43,847 nt of DNA from Nanobdellota archaeon (GCA_018818465.1 JAHIRU010000009.1:1-43847); one strand, 5' to 3'; shown: positions 8,664 to 18,614, numbered from the stretch's first letter. A program made the numbers and translations. The notes: a model not told the origin generated them from the letters alone.

Positions 8664-9586
8664 AACTTACCTTCTTCAATAACAACTTTACCATCAACAG
8701 AAATAGTTGGTTTATAGAAAACGTTATCTATATGAACACTGTTTTGCACCTTGCCGCCGAGCGATTTGTTCGTCCCGAATGCTATATGAGCTGTTCCCAG
8801 AACCTTTTCATCCTCAAATGTAAGCCCGACTATTTTGGCTTTGGGATTTGTTCCTATGCCCAATTCTGCAAGATTGGTTCCTTTATCAACGCTGGTTAAT
8901 AGTTTCCAAAGATCTTTGTTTTCACAATCAACCATCTCCCCACCTTCAACATATATCTTAAAAGGCTTCTTAACCAAACCCATGCAAGTTGCATCAATAA
9001 CTATCTTGCCTTCTGACTTCTTTTCCAAAGGGGCAAAAGCAACCTCTCCATCCGGAAGGTTTAGAAGCTTTCCTGATTCGTGCGCTATGCCACAACAGTT
9101 ATGAAACTTTCTTTCTTTACTTTTTTTTCCTCTGAAAAGCGTGATGTCTGTTCCTAGGCGCGTTTCTACATGAAACTTGTTTCCTTGGAGCTTTTCAATG
9201 AGCTCATCATTCGTCTTTTTCAGTGTGATGTAATCCAATGGTATTGCACGTAGGAAAGTGTCCTTTGTTATGCCAGGCATTGTCACAATCCGCGCACCCT
9301 GCTTGAGTGTAGATTGTATAGCGTTTGTGTGTGTTAAAGAGAACGTTGTAGGCGCAACAATTACATTAAAACCGCTCAAAATCTTTTCACGGACAGAATC
9401 AGATGGCTCTTCCCCAGCTCTTGTTGTTTTTGGCATCAAAAGAAGCTCACAACTAGAAATCTCTTTACCGACATCGAAAAGTGTTTTAGCTATCTCCTCT
9501 TTATCCTTGTCATAAATAATTAGCGCTTTCTCATTTTTCTTGAAAGCGAGACATTCTTTCCAGACTATTTGCGCAGTTTTATACAT
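8660..9586 (-). CDS. M29-type (AmpS/PepS-like) aminopeptidase
   Basis: 308 aa with LPDGEVAFAP, ELGIGTNPKA and DEKVLGTAHIAFG blocks typical of thermophilic metalloaminopeptidase family M29. Confidence 0.75.
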   Translation of the reverse strand: MYKTAQIVWKECLAFKKNEKALIIYDKDKEEIAKTLFDVGKEISSCELLLMPKTTRAGEEPSDSVREKILSGFNVIVAPTTFSLTHTNAIQSTLKQGARIVTMPGITKDTFLRAIPLDYITLKKTNDELIEKLQGNKFHVETRLGTDITLFRGKKSKERKFHNCCGIAHESGKLLNLPDGEVAFAPLEKKSEGKIVIDATCMGLVKKPFKIYVEGGEMVDCENKDLWKLLTSVDKGTNLAELGIGTNPKAKIVGLTFEDEKVLGTAHIAFGTNKSLGGKVQNSVHIDNVFYKPTISVDGKVVIEEGKF

Positions 9587-9609
9587 AATATAGAATTGTT
9601 TTGGAGATT

Positions 9610-10233
9610 TTAATGTCTCCTGTTTTTTGCAGCGATTCTAATTCTTTGGAAAGCTGTTATATTGGTTAAAACAGCCAGCAAAACAAGCATGTATGTCAAT
9701 AGCATTGGATCGTATATTGCTAAAAGAATACCAACGAAAAGAAGCATTAGCCTCTCTGCACGTTCAAGAAGACCGCCTTTTAGTTCTTTTTCTACAAGAC
9801 CCTTTTCCTTAGCAGCTGCTTTTACATATGTTGTCATCAATCCGCCGAAGAAATACAAAAATATTAGAGCAGATACTGGAACAATAATGTTAGTCATGGG
9901 TATAGCAAATGCAGGCAGAGATGCAAACAACAAACCGAATATTATGATAGCTTCTACATACCTGTCTACAACCGTGTCCAAATAAGCTCCAAACACAGAT
10001 ACTCTTCCAGTTACTCTGGCAACAGAGCCATCAATAAGATCTATGAAAGCTGAAAATATGAACAATAACGCAGCTATAAGGAAGCTTTCTTGCATCAAGA
10101 ACCAGACTGCAACAAGCGCCGGTATTAATGATATAATTGTCCATGTGTTAGGCGAAAGACGAAATTTGCTGAAGATTATGCCTATTTTGATTGAAAATCC
10201 GCCAAACTTCTGTCGGTTTTTGTAGAAGGCCAT
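9610..10233 (-). CDS. CDP-alcohol phosphatidyltransferase (candidate archaetidylinositol-phosphate synthase)
   Basis: DLIDGSVARVTGRVSVFGAYLDTVVDRYVE fits D(x2)DG(x2)AR(x8)G(x3)D(x3)D. Polytopic membrane protein. Confidence 0.85.
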   Translation of the reverse strand: MAFYKNRQKFGGFSIKIGIIFSKFRLSPNTWTIISLIPALVAVWFLMQESFLIAALLFIFSAFIDLIDGSVARVTGRVSVFGAYLDTVVDRYVEAIIIFGLLFASLPAFAIPMTNIIVPVSALIFLYFFGGLMTTYVKAAAKEKGLVEKELKGGLLERAERLMLLFVGILLAIYDPMLLTYMLVLLAVLTNITAFQRIRIAAKNRRH

Positions 10234-10341
10234 GATAAAGAATTAGAATAGTAATTTAAATGATTTCAAGGCAACTGATAGCTTTATAAACCCTTTTATG
10301 TAATAACTGTTACTGAGTAATAGTTACAGGAGAGTAATATT

Positions 10342-10497
10342 ATGAGCATAACAATAAACACTGAATACAGAAAACCTGATTTTCTTAGAAACATTAATTT
10401 CGATTTTAGTGATGAACTTAAAGAAGAAATTGCTTACAATCATGAGCAAAACGAAAAAGCCGTTAAAGATCTTTTGAAAATGCCTTATCAGAAATAA
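10342..10497 (+). CDS. possible 51-aa small protein (below the ORF-track cutoff)
   Basis: ATG preceded by ACAGGAGAG. Encodes MSITINTEYRKPDFLRNINFDFSDELKEEIAYNHEQNEKAVKDLLKMPYQK with genome-typical composition and fills an otherwise empty intergenic gap. Confidence 0.35.
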   Translation: MSITINTEYRKPDFLRNINFDFSDELKEEIAYNHEQNEKAVKDLLKMPYQK

Positions 10498-10510
10498 CAT
10501 AATTAATTCA

Positions 10511-11227
10511 TCATAGCATTTCTGCCAAATTATAGTCATGCTTGCCTTTTGCCAAACTGTATGCGTTTGCATAATCTAAATCTGGCACAAGCCCGGCAAT
10601 CTCATCAGGCGTCAGATTTCCTTTGTAAATGCCTGTTTCCGCCTTTTCTTCATTCCCTGGTATGTTATGAAAAATTGTTTCGTTGCACGCACCGCATAAA
10701 TAAAAAACAAGCCTAGATGCATGATTATTCTCATTAAAGCCGTTTGAAGCTGCAAGCACACTCAAGTCATAGAACTGGCAGTCATGATTTTTCGGCAAAA
10801 CAAGCCCACTTTTTTTCTCTTCAAAATATCCGGATATTATGCTTCTCATGTCATCGAATGCTATCGGCATTCCCTTTATCTCATCCTCATTAAAAAGGAA
10901 TAGTTTTTGTTCTTTATTGACTTCTAATGGATTTGGATGAAAATGCACAAGATCTATATTTTCATCTGCATAATAGACTACTCGAAGAGGACCCACTGAG
11001 TTTTTAGCTCGAATATCCTTGTAAAAAAGAGGATTCACGTCCAATCTGATCTCTTCCTTTGTTTCCCTTAATATCGCATTGTAAGGAGCTTCTTCATGGT
11101 GAACCTTTCCCCCAGGCAATTCAAAAAGATCTGAAAATTCGTCATCTTCATTATGCGGCCTCTGGGTTAGGAGTATCTTGTCACTTCTGGGAATTATTAT
11201 CCTCACAGCTTCTTTTTTTCCTGACAT
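10511..11227 (-). CDS. NUDIX hydrolase with about 100-aa C-terminal extension
   Basis: Nudix box GGKVHHEEAPYNAILRETKEEIRLDV (Gx5Ex7REUxEExGU). Confidence 0.85.
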   Translation of the reverse strand: MSGKKEAVRIIIPRSDKILLTQRPHNEDDEFSDLFELPGGKVHHEEAPYNAILRETKEEIRLDVNPLFYKDIRAKNSVGPLRVVYYADENIDLVHFHPNPLEVNKEQKLFLFNEDEIKGMPIAFDDMRSIISGYFEEKKSGLVLPKNHDCQFYDLSVLAASNGFNENNHASRLVFYLCGACNETIFHNIPGNEEKAETGIYKGNLTPDEIAGLVPDLDYANAYSLAKGKHDYNLAEML

Positions 11228-11326
11228 TAAATATTTATTGAGCTGTGCAGTTATAGTCTTGATCCATACAGAAACTATGCGACCTTGTTTAGAATATAGC
11301 TAATATTCATTGAATATAGAAACTAT

Positions 11327-11893
11327 CTATCCCATCAAACCTAACAGATTTTCTTTACTAATCGCTCCTAATGTAGCATCCATGTTGTCAATCATGTGCA
11401 GAATAATAGCTTCTATAGTTCTTGGCGGTGTTGGGCCGTTCTCGCCGAAATGCGCAGCAACGCAATGCAATACTGGTTCTGGAAAACCGCGTGCGTAGAG
11501 TTCTGCTGTGCCGAGCATTGTGTGGTCAAGCATAAGTTCAGTTGGTTCCCAGTTACCTTTTGCATCACGCTGGAATGTCCATAATTTGCCTACATCATGC
11601 ACCAAAGCAGAAGCAATAAGCACATCCATATCGATATCGTGTTTGTAAGTTTTCTTCAGGTTTTCTGCGACATCTATGCAGTTCTTTACAACAGAATAGG
11701 TGTGTTCAATAAGACCGCCTGTCTTTACATGATGCCAATTAACAGAGCCAGGTGAATCTTCAAACTTCACTGGTTTTATCTTAATGCCTTTGTGCGCAAG
11801 AGCAGGATGCTCTAGAACTTCAACTACCTTTTTCTTAAGTTCTTTATCTGTAATCCTGTCTGCAAATTTCAACAGGTCTTTCATTGAAGTCAT
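11327..11893 (-). CDS. HD-domain phosphohydrolase (YhaM-like HD module)
   Basis: GGLIEHTYSV...ASALVHDVGK...VAAHFGENGPTPPRTIEAIILHMIDNMDA. Confidence 0.8.
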   Translation of the reverse strand: MTSMKDLLKFADRITDKELKKKVVEVLEHPALAHKGIKIKPVKFEDSPGSVNWHHVKTGGLIEHTYSVVKNCIDVAENLKKTYKHDIDMDVLIASALVHDVGKLWTFQRDAKGNWEPTELMLDHTMLGTAELYARGFPEPVLHCVAAHFGENGPTPPRTIEAIILHMIDNMDATLGAISKENLLGLMG

Positions 11894-11927
11894 GTATAAG
11901 AAATAGCGTCATTGGTTTAAAAATGTG

Positions 11928-14789
11928 TTATTTCATCATTTCAAACCCGAAAGCAATCTTTTTGCCTTCAAACTCCAGATCGCCTTTTTTGTGTTTGACA
12001 TCGCCTATTGTTGCTTCTTTTGCGCCGACGCCTTGAAGAAGCTCTTGCTTTCTCTGATTTAGCATTTTTTCAGTATCTGTATCTGACTTGAAGAAAACAT
12101 GAATCTTGTCTGAAACATGAAGCTTGTTCTGCTTTCTATGGACCTGTACGTTTCTTACAAGCTCCCTTATCATTGCATCTTCCATTAAAACCTCACCCAA
12201 GCAAAGAGTACCAACACTAAATTCCAAACCTTTTTCAGGCAGTTTGTTGACGAATTCTACATTCTTAACATTAGCCATGAATTTAACTACATTTTCGAGT
12301 GATTTTATTGATTCATCTATTTCTTTTTTCTTTGATTTAATGTATAGCGTGGAAACAGGCCAGCGAAGCTTTATTTTCTTTTCCTGTCTTGCGGCTGCTG
12401 AAGCTTCTACAAGGCTTTTGACAATTTCCATTGCTTCTTCTATTTTCTCCTTAGGCCTGTTGGCTTTAGGCCAGTCTTCCATATGCACAGATTCTTTGTC
12501 CTTGAAAAGGTCTTTGTAAATCTCTTCTGTAATATAAGGAATTATTGGAGCCAGCAAAATTGTTAGCTCTTTCAGAACGTTCTGCAGTATCCATTCAGCT
12601 GCCTGCCTATCATTGCCATTGTAATCAATTGATACACGGTCACGAATTATCTTTATGTACCAGCGAGAGAAGTCATTCAGAAGAAAGTCTTCGGTCTCTT
12701 TAACAAAACTATGCAGATTCATTTTTTTTGCATCTTCTGTTTTCTCAAGAAGAGTGTTCAATCTGCTCAATATCCACTTATCTTCTGGATTGAGTTTGGA
12801 TGGTTTTTCTTTTACTGGTTTTGTATAGGTTTTTACAAACATGTAGATGTTCCAAAGAACATTGAGTGTTCTGTGCTTTTCTTTAACCTCTTCCCATTGG
12901 AAGTAGAAATTGCTCCACGGAGCAAAACCAAGCAAATAGAAACGCATAACATCTCTTCCATATTTTTCTATTACATCGTTTGGAGAAACTATGTTGCCTA
13001 TTGACTTGGACATCTTTGCTCCTTTTGCATCCATTATCATTCCATGCAAAAGAATGCTCTGGTAAGGTGCTCTGTCAAAAGTGAAGTAGCTTGCAAGAAG
13101 CTGAGAATTCCACCAGCCCCTGAATTGGTCTGGTCCTTCTATCTGAAGGTCTGTTGGCCACATCTCATCAAAGAGTTTTTTGTTTTTTGGATAATCTAGA
13201 GATGCCCAGCTACTCACACCAGCATCGAACCAGACATCAAGCACGTCTGGTACTCGTTTCATTTTGGATTTGCATTTAGGACAGTCCAAAAAAACAGCAT
13301 CTATTTCTGGTTTATGCAAATCGATATTATTTTTGACATTGCTTTTTTCTTTCAATTCTTCAAACGAGCCAAGGACTTCAATGTGACTGCATGAACTACA
13401 TTCCCATATAGGTAACGGTGTACCCCAGTACCTCTGCCTTGATATAGGCCAGTCGCCGATATTGTCCAGCCAATCAGCAAATCTTTGGCCGGCCCATTTG
13501 GGATTCCAGTTAACCTTGCTGTTTTCTTTGAACAGTTGCTTCTTTATGGATTTCACTTTGAAAAACCATTGAGGAACATTAATGAATAGCAGAGGAGTCT
13601 TGCATCTCCAGCATATTGGATATTCGTGTGAAACATCTTCCGTGGCAACTAACATTCCTTTTTCTCGAAGCTTCTCAACAATTATCCAGTCTGCATCTTT
13701 TGCGTATTTGCCTGCAAGCCACTTTCCTGCTTCTGGTGTGAATGTGCCGTCTATTTTTACAGGAGAAATAACTGGCAATTTCTTTTCCTTTCCTACGACA
13801 AAATCCTCTGTACCATGGCCTGGTGCAGTGTGTACAAGGCCTGTACCAGCTTCTAAGTTAACATATCGAGCTGAAAGAACAACTCTGTGAGCATTCTCTA
13901 AGTTCTGTAGTGCAGGAACTAGATCCTTTAATGGATGATCGTACATCATATTTTCAAGTGTTTTTCCTTTTACCTTCTTTTTTATTTTGTAGTTGCCTGT
14001 CTCAACTTGTTCTGTCATTATTTTGTCTGCAAGTTCTGCAGCTACAATTAATGTTTCTCCACCTACTTCGACAAAAGCGTAATCATAATCAGGATGCACC
14101 ATAACACCTGTGTTTGCAGGCAGTGTCCAAGGCGTTGTTGTCCATATTACAAGATAGGTTTTTTCTCTTCCTTTTACAGGAAATTTAAGATAAACAGATT
14201 TTTCAAAGATTGTTTTGTGCTCTATTTCGTTAAAAGAGACAACTGTTTCACAACGAGAGCATGTGTGTACAGGATAAGAACCCTTATACAAAAAACCCTT
14301 TTCATATGCCTTTTTGAAAGTGAACCAAGCACCTTCTATGTATTCGTTTTTCAGTGTCAGGTACGGATTCTTCCAATCCATCCACACACCAGTGTTTGCA
14401 AACTCCTGGCTCATAGTGTTAATATACTTAGTGGCGAATTCTCTGCATTTTTTAACAAATTTATCTACACCGTATTCCTCTATATCCTTTTTATTCTTAA
14501 AGCCAAGCAGCTTCTCTACTTTTGTTTCAATTGGCGTGCCGTGTGTGTCAAAACCAGGCTGGTCCCATACATTGAACCCCTGCATTCTCCAGAAGCGTAT
14601 GTAAGCATCTTTCAGAATCTTGTTGAAGGCTGTTCCTATGTGAATGTTTCCACTAGCATAAGGAGGACCGTCTATAAAGTAGAATCGCTTCGCTTTGTTG
14701 CGATTGGCCTTTGTTTTCTCGTAAATCTTCTCACGATTCCAAAAATCAGTTACAGCTTTTTCTAACTCTTGTGGATTATATGGTATCAT
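11928..14789 (-). CDS. ileS: isoleucyl-tRNA synthetase
   Basis: PPYASGNIHIGTAFNK (HIGH), GAKMSKSIGN (KMSKS), WPISRQRYWGTPLPIW. The ATG at 14789 is preceded by GAGGT; the track start at 14807 is TTG. Confidence 0.93.
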   Translation of the reverse strand: MIPYNPQELEKAVTDFWNREKIYEKTKANRNKAKRFYFIDGPPYASGNIHIGTAFNKILKDAYIRFWRMQGFNVWDQPGFDTHGTPIETKVEKLLGFKNKKDIEEYGVDKFVKKCREFATKYINTMSQEFANTGVWMDWKNPYLTLKNEYIEGAWFTFKKAYEKGFLYKGSYPVHTCSRCETVVSFNEIEHKTIFEKSVYLKFPVKGREKTYLVIWTTTPWTLPANTGVMVHPDYDYAFVEVGGETLIVAAELADKIMTEQVETGNYKIKKKVKGKTLENMMYDHPLKDLVPALQNLENAHRVVLSARYVNLEAGTGLVHTAPGHGTEDFVVGKEKKLPVISPVKIDGTFTPEAGKWLAGKYAKDADWIIVEKLREKGMLVATEDVSHEYPICWRCKTPLLFINVPQWFFKVKSIKKQLFKENSKVNWNPKWAGQRFADWLDNIGDWPISRQRYWGTPLPIWECSSCSHIEVLGSFEELKEKSNVKNNIDLHKPEIDAVFLDCPKCKSKMKRVPDVLDVWFDAGVSSWASLDYPKNKKLFDEMWPTDLQIEGPDQFRGWWNSQLLASYFTFDRAPYQSILLHGMIMDAKGAKMSKSIGNIVSPNDVIEKYGRDVMRFYLLGFAPWSNFYFQWEEVKEKHRTLNVLWNIYMFVKTYTKPVKEKPSKLNPEDKWILSRLNTLLEKTEDAKKMNLHSFVKETEDFLLNDFSRWYIKIIRDRVSIDYNGNDRQAAEWILQNVLKELTILLAPIIPYITEEIYKDLFKDKESVHMEDWPKANRPKEKIEEAMEIVKSLVEASAAARQEKKIKLRWPVSTLYIKSKKKEIDESIKSLENVVKFMANVKNVEFVNKLPEKGLEFSVGTLCLGEVLMEDAMIRELVRNVQVHRKQNKLHVSDKIHVFFKSDTDTEKMLNQRKQELLQGVGAKEATIGDVKHKKGDLEFEGKKIAFGFEMMK

Positions 14790-14846
14790 ATTTACCTCTA
14801 TTAACAATTATAATATATAATAAGCTATTTCTTGATAAAAAAGAGT

Positions 14847-16178
14847 TTATTCTTCATAGCACCTAAGGCATAAGTTTTTTCTGTCAATATTTCCATTGCT
14901 AGTTTCTTCTATTGATTTCACCCATTCATCTAAAGTCGGAAATCCCACAGAATCAACTTTCAAAAATTTAGCCAGTTCCTCGTCTGTTTTATATCTATTG
15001 GCAGGCAGGACATCGTCAGGCTGGTCTTTGTAATCATAAAGGCAAAAATGTGTGTTTCTCGGCGTCCCGAATCTGAGATGTATCTCATCAGGATTCGCTT
15101 TTTTCAGTAAATCTATGAGATTATGTATGACTGTTCCTCTTCGCAGGGAATCGTCCCATATATACATTTTCTTTCCTTCTATCCTAAAATCAACTGTTGA
15201 AACTTTTCCAAATGCAACTCCCTTTCTTTTGTTTTTTGGAGTGTCGTAGCTTCTAAAATAATATGGATATTTTATCAATGTGCTTTTGTATGGAACGTCG
15301 AATGCTTCGGCCGCACCTTCTCCGTATGATTTTCCAGAATCTTCAATCGATGTTGCTACATCTATTCTAAGACCGTTTTCTATGTCTCGTTTTGCAACCT
15401 TTTTTGCCGCTGCTTCTCTGACAGCTCCAACTGAAACTCCGTCCACATAAGAATCCACCCAACTGTAATATCCCCACAAAAACGAGCATACGTCAATTTT
15501 TTTGGTTGGCATTCTTTTCACAGTATGTATGCCGTAATTGTCAATTCTTACAATCTGACCCGGTTCGAAATCTCCGTCATAAGTCATTCCAATCTTTCTG
15601 AAAGCTCTCGACTCGGAAATCGCAGCAAATCCTCTTTTTCCTCTACCATATGAAAGGGGTTTTGTAGCTTTTGGGCATCTTGCTGCATATAACTCACCAT
15701 CACCTGTTAATATTCCCAAGGTGAAACAACCATCGATAAGGTCCGACATTTTTTGCACACCGTCTGGAAAATCATCTCCCAAAGAAATCAAATGTGCTGC
15801 TAACTCGGCGTCGTTTTTGCCGAATAAAGGAACTCTTAGCTGTTTTTTAATTTCTTCCATGTTTCCTATATAACCGTCAAATGTCAATGAAAATTGTCCA
15901 AGAGGAGAATCTTCAAAATAAAGTGGTTGATGATCTCTATGTTTGCTAACATTGCCTATACCAGAATACGCCTCTACTGATTTTGGTATTTCAAGATCCC
16001 TAACAGGGCCATTCGCAGTGTATCTTATTATGTTTCTTTCATCATCATACAAATCCGGATTATATGCACATATTCCAGCATGCTCTTGTCCTGTGTGATT
16101 TATTTGAAAAATAGCCTCTTTCAGATGTGGTATGCAATTCTCTCCGTCATGATTATGATTTAAAACAACTATTCCCAT
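14847..16178 (-). CDS. amidophosphoribosyltransferase (PurF) homologue with degenerate glutaminase site
   Basis: Collinear with PurF: HTGQEHAGI, VCSFLWGYYSWVDSYVDG, IEDSGKSY, GKKMYIWDDSLRRGT (PRPP loop), and Cys in ..VCS.., ..FCLY.., ..CLRC.. at Fe-S ligand positions. The N-terminus is M-G-I-V (ATG 16178 with AGGGTGG upstream), not M-C-G. Confidence 0.8.
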   Translation of the reverse strand: MGIVVLNHNHDGENCIPHLKEAIFQINHTGQEHAGICAYNPDLYDDERNIIRYTANGPVRDLEIPKSVEAYSGIGNVSKHRDHQPLYFEDSPLGQFSLTFDGYIGNMEEIKKQLRVPLFGKNDAELAAHLISLGDDFPDGVQKMSDLIDGCFTLGILTGDGELYAARCPKATKPLSYGRGKRGFAAISESRAFRKIGMTYDGDFEPGQIVRIDNYGIHTVKRMPTKKIDVCSFLWGYYSWVDSYVDGVSVGAVREAAAKKVAKRDIENGLRIDVATSIEDSGKSYGEGAAEAFDVPYKSTLIKYPYYFRSYDTPKNKRKGVAFGKVSTVDFRIEGKKMYIWDDSLRRGTVIHNLIDLLKKANPDEIHLRFGTPRNTHFCLYDYKDQPDDVLPANRYKTDEELAKFLKVDSVGFPTLDEWVKSIEETSNGNIDRKNLCLRCYEE

Positions 16179-16247
16179 AAAACCCACCCTTACTCTTTAG
16201 TCCTCAACTTTTAAATTATTAATAAAAACAAACTACAAGTGTAATGT

Positions 16248-17219
16248 ATGTTGTCTTTAGGCATCGAATCAACTGCGCACTCGTTTAGTGTGGGAATTGT
16301 TGACGAAAAAGGCAGAGTTCTTGCTAATGTTATTGACAGCTACAAAGCTCCGGAAGGATGGGGTATTGAGCCAGCTAAGGCTGCGCAGCATCATAGAGAG
16401 GTTGCTGATAAAGTTCTAGAGAAAGCGCTTTCTGATGCCAAAAAGATGATGAAAGATATCGATATTATTTCATTTTCACAAGGACCTGGACTTGCGCCGT
16501 GCCTGCATGCTGGGTTCGACATTGCGAAACGAATTGCGAAAAGTAACAAGAAACCACTCTACGGAGTCAATCATTGCGTTGCTCATATAGAAATAGGTCG
16601 GGTGTCCACTAAAGCAAAGGATCCTGTTACGCTTTATGTCAGCGGCGGGAATACGCAGATACTTGCATTTGTTGATGGACGCTATCGCTGCTTTGGTGAA
16701 TCAATGGACATCGGCATAGGCAATGCTCTAGATAAATTTGGCAGAGCGCTGGGTATTGGTTTCCCTGCTGGTCCTAGGATAGAAAAAGAAGCCGTTGGTG
16801 GCAAATATATTGAATTGCCTTATGTTGTCAAAGGCATGGATCTATCCTTTTCAGGAATTGTTACAGATGCCATAAGGAAAAAAGAAAAAGGTGCTTCATT
16901 GAAAGATGTTTCCTTTTCTTTGCAAGAAACGCTTTTCTCAATGCTTACAGAGGTTACTGAGAGAGCAGTAGCTCATACTGGAAAAGAAGAGGTGCTTCTT
17001 ACAGGCGGTGTTGCTGCAAACAAGCGACTTCAAGAGATGCTGGCTATTATGTGCAAAGAACGCGGAGCAAAGTTCTATGTTGTGCCACACGATTTGGCTG
17101 GTGATAACGGTTCAATGATTGCTTGGACTGGTGTTCTTATGCATAAAAACAAGCAAAAAACTAAAGAGGAACTTCTGCCTAGACAAAGGACTGATGAAAT
17201 TGATGTTAGTTGGTTGTGA
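16248..17219 (+). CDS. kae1: tRNA N6-adenosine threonylcarbamoyltransferase Kae1 (stand-alone, no Bud32 fusion)
   Basis: MLSLGIESTAHSFSVGIVD..., GVNHCVAHIE metal-binding motif, LTGGVAANKRL, GDNGSMIAW. Confidence 0.92.
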   Translation: MLSLGIESTAHSFSVGIVDEKGRVLANVIDSYKAPEGWGIEPAKAAQHHREVADKVLEKALSDAKKMMKDIDIISFSQGPGLAPCLHAGFDIAKRIAKSNKKPLYGVNHCVAHIEIGRVSTKAKDPVTLYVSGGNTQILAFVDGRYRCFGESMDIGIGNALDKFGRALGIGFPAGPRIEKEAVGGKYIELPYVVKGMDLSFSGIVTDAIRKKEKGASLKDVSFSLQETLFSMLTEVTERAVAHTGKEEVLLTGGVAANKRLQEMLAIMCKERGAKFYVVPHDLAGDNGSMIAWTGVLMHKNKQKTKEELLPRQRTDEIDVSWL

Positions 17220-17226
17220 TATAGAA

Positions 17227-17625
17227 TCAACTTATCTTCTTGTTTATCAAACCTCTTAATTTTTGGATTATTTCCTTAAAGGTTGGTTCGTTTCTGAACA
17301 GAAACGATGGTTCAATAAATAATCCTTCATAGCTTATACGGTTTCTTAATATCCTCAAATCATTTAAGAAAGAGGTTTCATATGCATCGAATTCTGAATA
17401 TTTTTCTTTGATATAATCAATCAAATCCTTATGGCTCAATGTTTTATACCCGTCTGCTAAAAGCGCAGCTGTTGCGAGCTCTTTGATCATTTCATAATAA
17501 TCCACAACAATTAATGCAGCCATTTTTTCTTTATTTTCTGTTCTAATCCTCTCCTCAATTAATGATACCATTTTTAGGATACTTTTTACCCTTTCCTTGT
17601 TTGGACTAATTTTTATCAAATCCAC
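17227..17625 (-). CDS. HEPN-domain protein
   Basis: 132 aa, all-helical, with ...ELATAALLADGY... and LRILRNRISYEG (HEPN R-x4-6-H/Y region). Lies 1 nt downstream of the MNT gene. Confidence 0.65.
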   Translation of the reverse strand: MDLIKISPNKERVKSILKMVSLIEERIRTENKEKMAALIVVDYYEMIKELATAALLADGYKTLSHKDLIDYIKEKYSEFDAYETSFLNDLRILRNRISYEGLFIEPSFLFRNEPTFKEIIQKLRGLINKKIS

Positions 17626-17626
17626 T

Positions 17627-18151
17627 CTAAAACACCTTTAAATAACCTTTCAGTACAATACCGTTTGAAATATTATTTTTAAGCTCTTCGCTTAGCTTAG
17701 AAAAATCTTCTTTAAAGAACAAAGTTATTTCCCTATTCAACATTTTTTCATATTTGGCAAAATTGAGTTTTTTTTCCTTGGCCTGAACAAAAAGATCTAT
17801 ATCACTTTCTTCTATGTCCTCTCCTTTCGAGGCTGAGCCAAAAAGGATTATGCAGTTTGGTGTGCATGAATCATAAACATAAGCAAGAAGACCACCGGAA
17901 TAAAGCCTTTCAATCAGGTTTAATTTTTTATATACTCTGAATAGCTCGTTGTCCCTGTTGGCTCTGAATGTTGGATAAATACTTTTTTTCTCCCTCAAAA
18001 CGAAACCCTCTTTCACAAGCGCTTTCAAGTGATTAATTATTGAAGGTTGTGCTATTTTGGTTCTCCTGGAAAGCTCTCTCATCTGAAAATCCTTTCTAGG
18101 AAAGTCAAAAAATTCCTGCAAAATCCTGTAACTGCTATATTTTTGTAGCAT
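17627..18151 (-). CDS. winged-helix + minimal nucleotidyltransferase (MNT) protein
   Basis: N-terminal wHTH (MRELSRRTKIAQPSIINHLKALVKEGFV) followed by ILFGSASKGEDIEESDIDLFV (GSx10-12 D-x-D NTase motif). Confidence 0.75.
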   Translation of the reverse strand: MLQKYSSYRILQEFFDFPRKDFQMRELSRRTKIAQPSIINHLKALVKEGFVLREKKSIYPTFRANRDNELFRVYKKLNLIERLYSGGLLAYVYDSCTPNCIILFGSASKGEDIEESDIDLFVQAKEKKLNFAKYEKMLNREITLFFKEDFSKLSEELKNNISNGIVLKGYLKVF

Positions 18152-18220
18152 ATGCTATAATATTGTAGCAGGTTATATAAAAATGTTTCGGTATCTTATA
18201 GAGGACTGATGAAGTCGATG

Positions 18221-18574
18221 TTAAGTGGATTTAGGTTTTCTTTCTTTGATTCTATTTTCAAACAGTGTGTGAACAATTGTGCAGGAAATGAGATAAGAAA
18301 TTATAGGAACTGTAATAACATAGGCTACTGTTTGTAGTAAGAGAATATCATAATACGGATATCCCGGCAGCATGATCAAAAATGGTAAATCTCTGAAAGC
18401 AGTTGGCAGATATAAAATAAACGATATCATAGTCCAATGAGGACTACAGTCGATTCCCACTATTTCTGGACAAGTTACAAATAAGTTAAAATATGGTACA
18501 GGTATAAATAATAAAATTATAACAAAAAACAACAATTTCTTACTTGTTGGTTTCAAAAATCCTTTTATATTCAT
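18221..18574 (-). CDS. hypothetical polytopic membrane protein
   Basis: 117 aa with 3-4 hydrophobic segments. Confidence 0.5.
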   Translation of the reverse strand: MNIKGFLKPTSKKLLFFVIILLFIPVPYFNLFVTCPEIVGIDCSPHWTMISFILYLPTAFRDLPFLIMLPGYPYYDILLLQTVAYVITVPIISYLISCTIVHTLFENRIKERKPKST

Positions 18575-18614
18575 ACTGATTATATTTAGTTTTTATATAA
18601 TATATGAGTGTTCA

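Noticed and set aside
9610-10233. Inositol-lipid operon
   Set aside because: The CDP-alcohol phosphatidyltransferase and the inositol-1-phosphate synthase gene (41885-43000) are 32 kb apart and not co-transcribed. The functional link is plausible but not a cluster.
12124-14765. Several 64-223-aa plus-strand ORFs antisense to ileS; similar antisense ORFs occur in the giant gene, purF-like, FEN-1, DJ-1 and MgtE-like genes
   Set aside because: These are shadow ORFs opposite long, confidently identified genes, with F/L/S/C-rich composition typical of antisense frames in AT-rich DNA.
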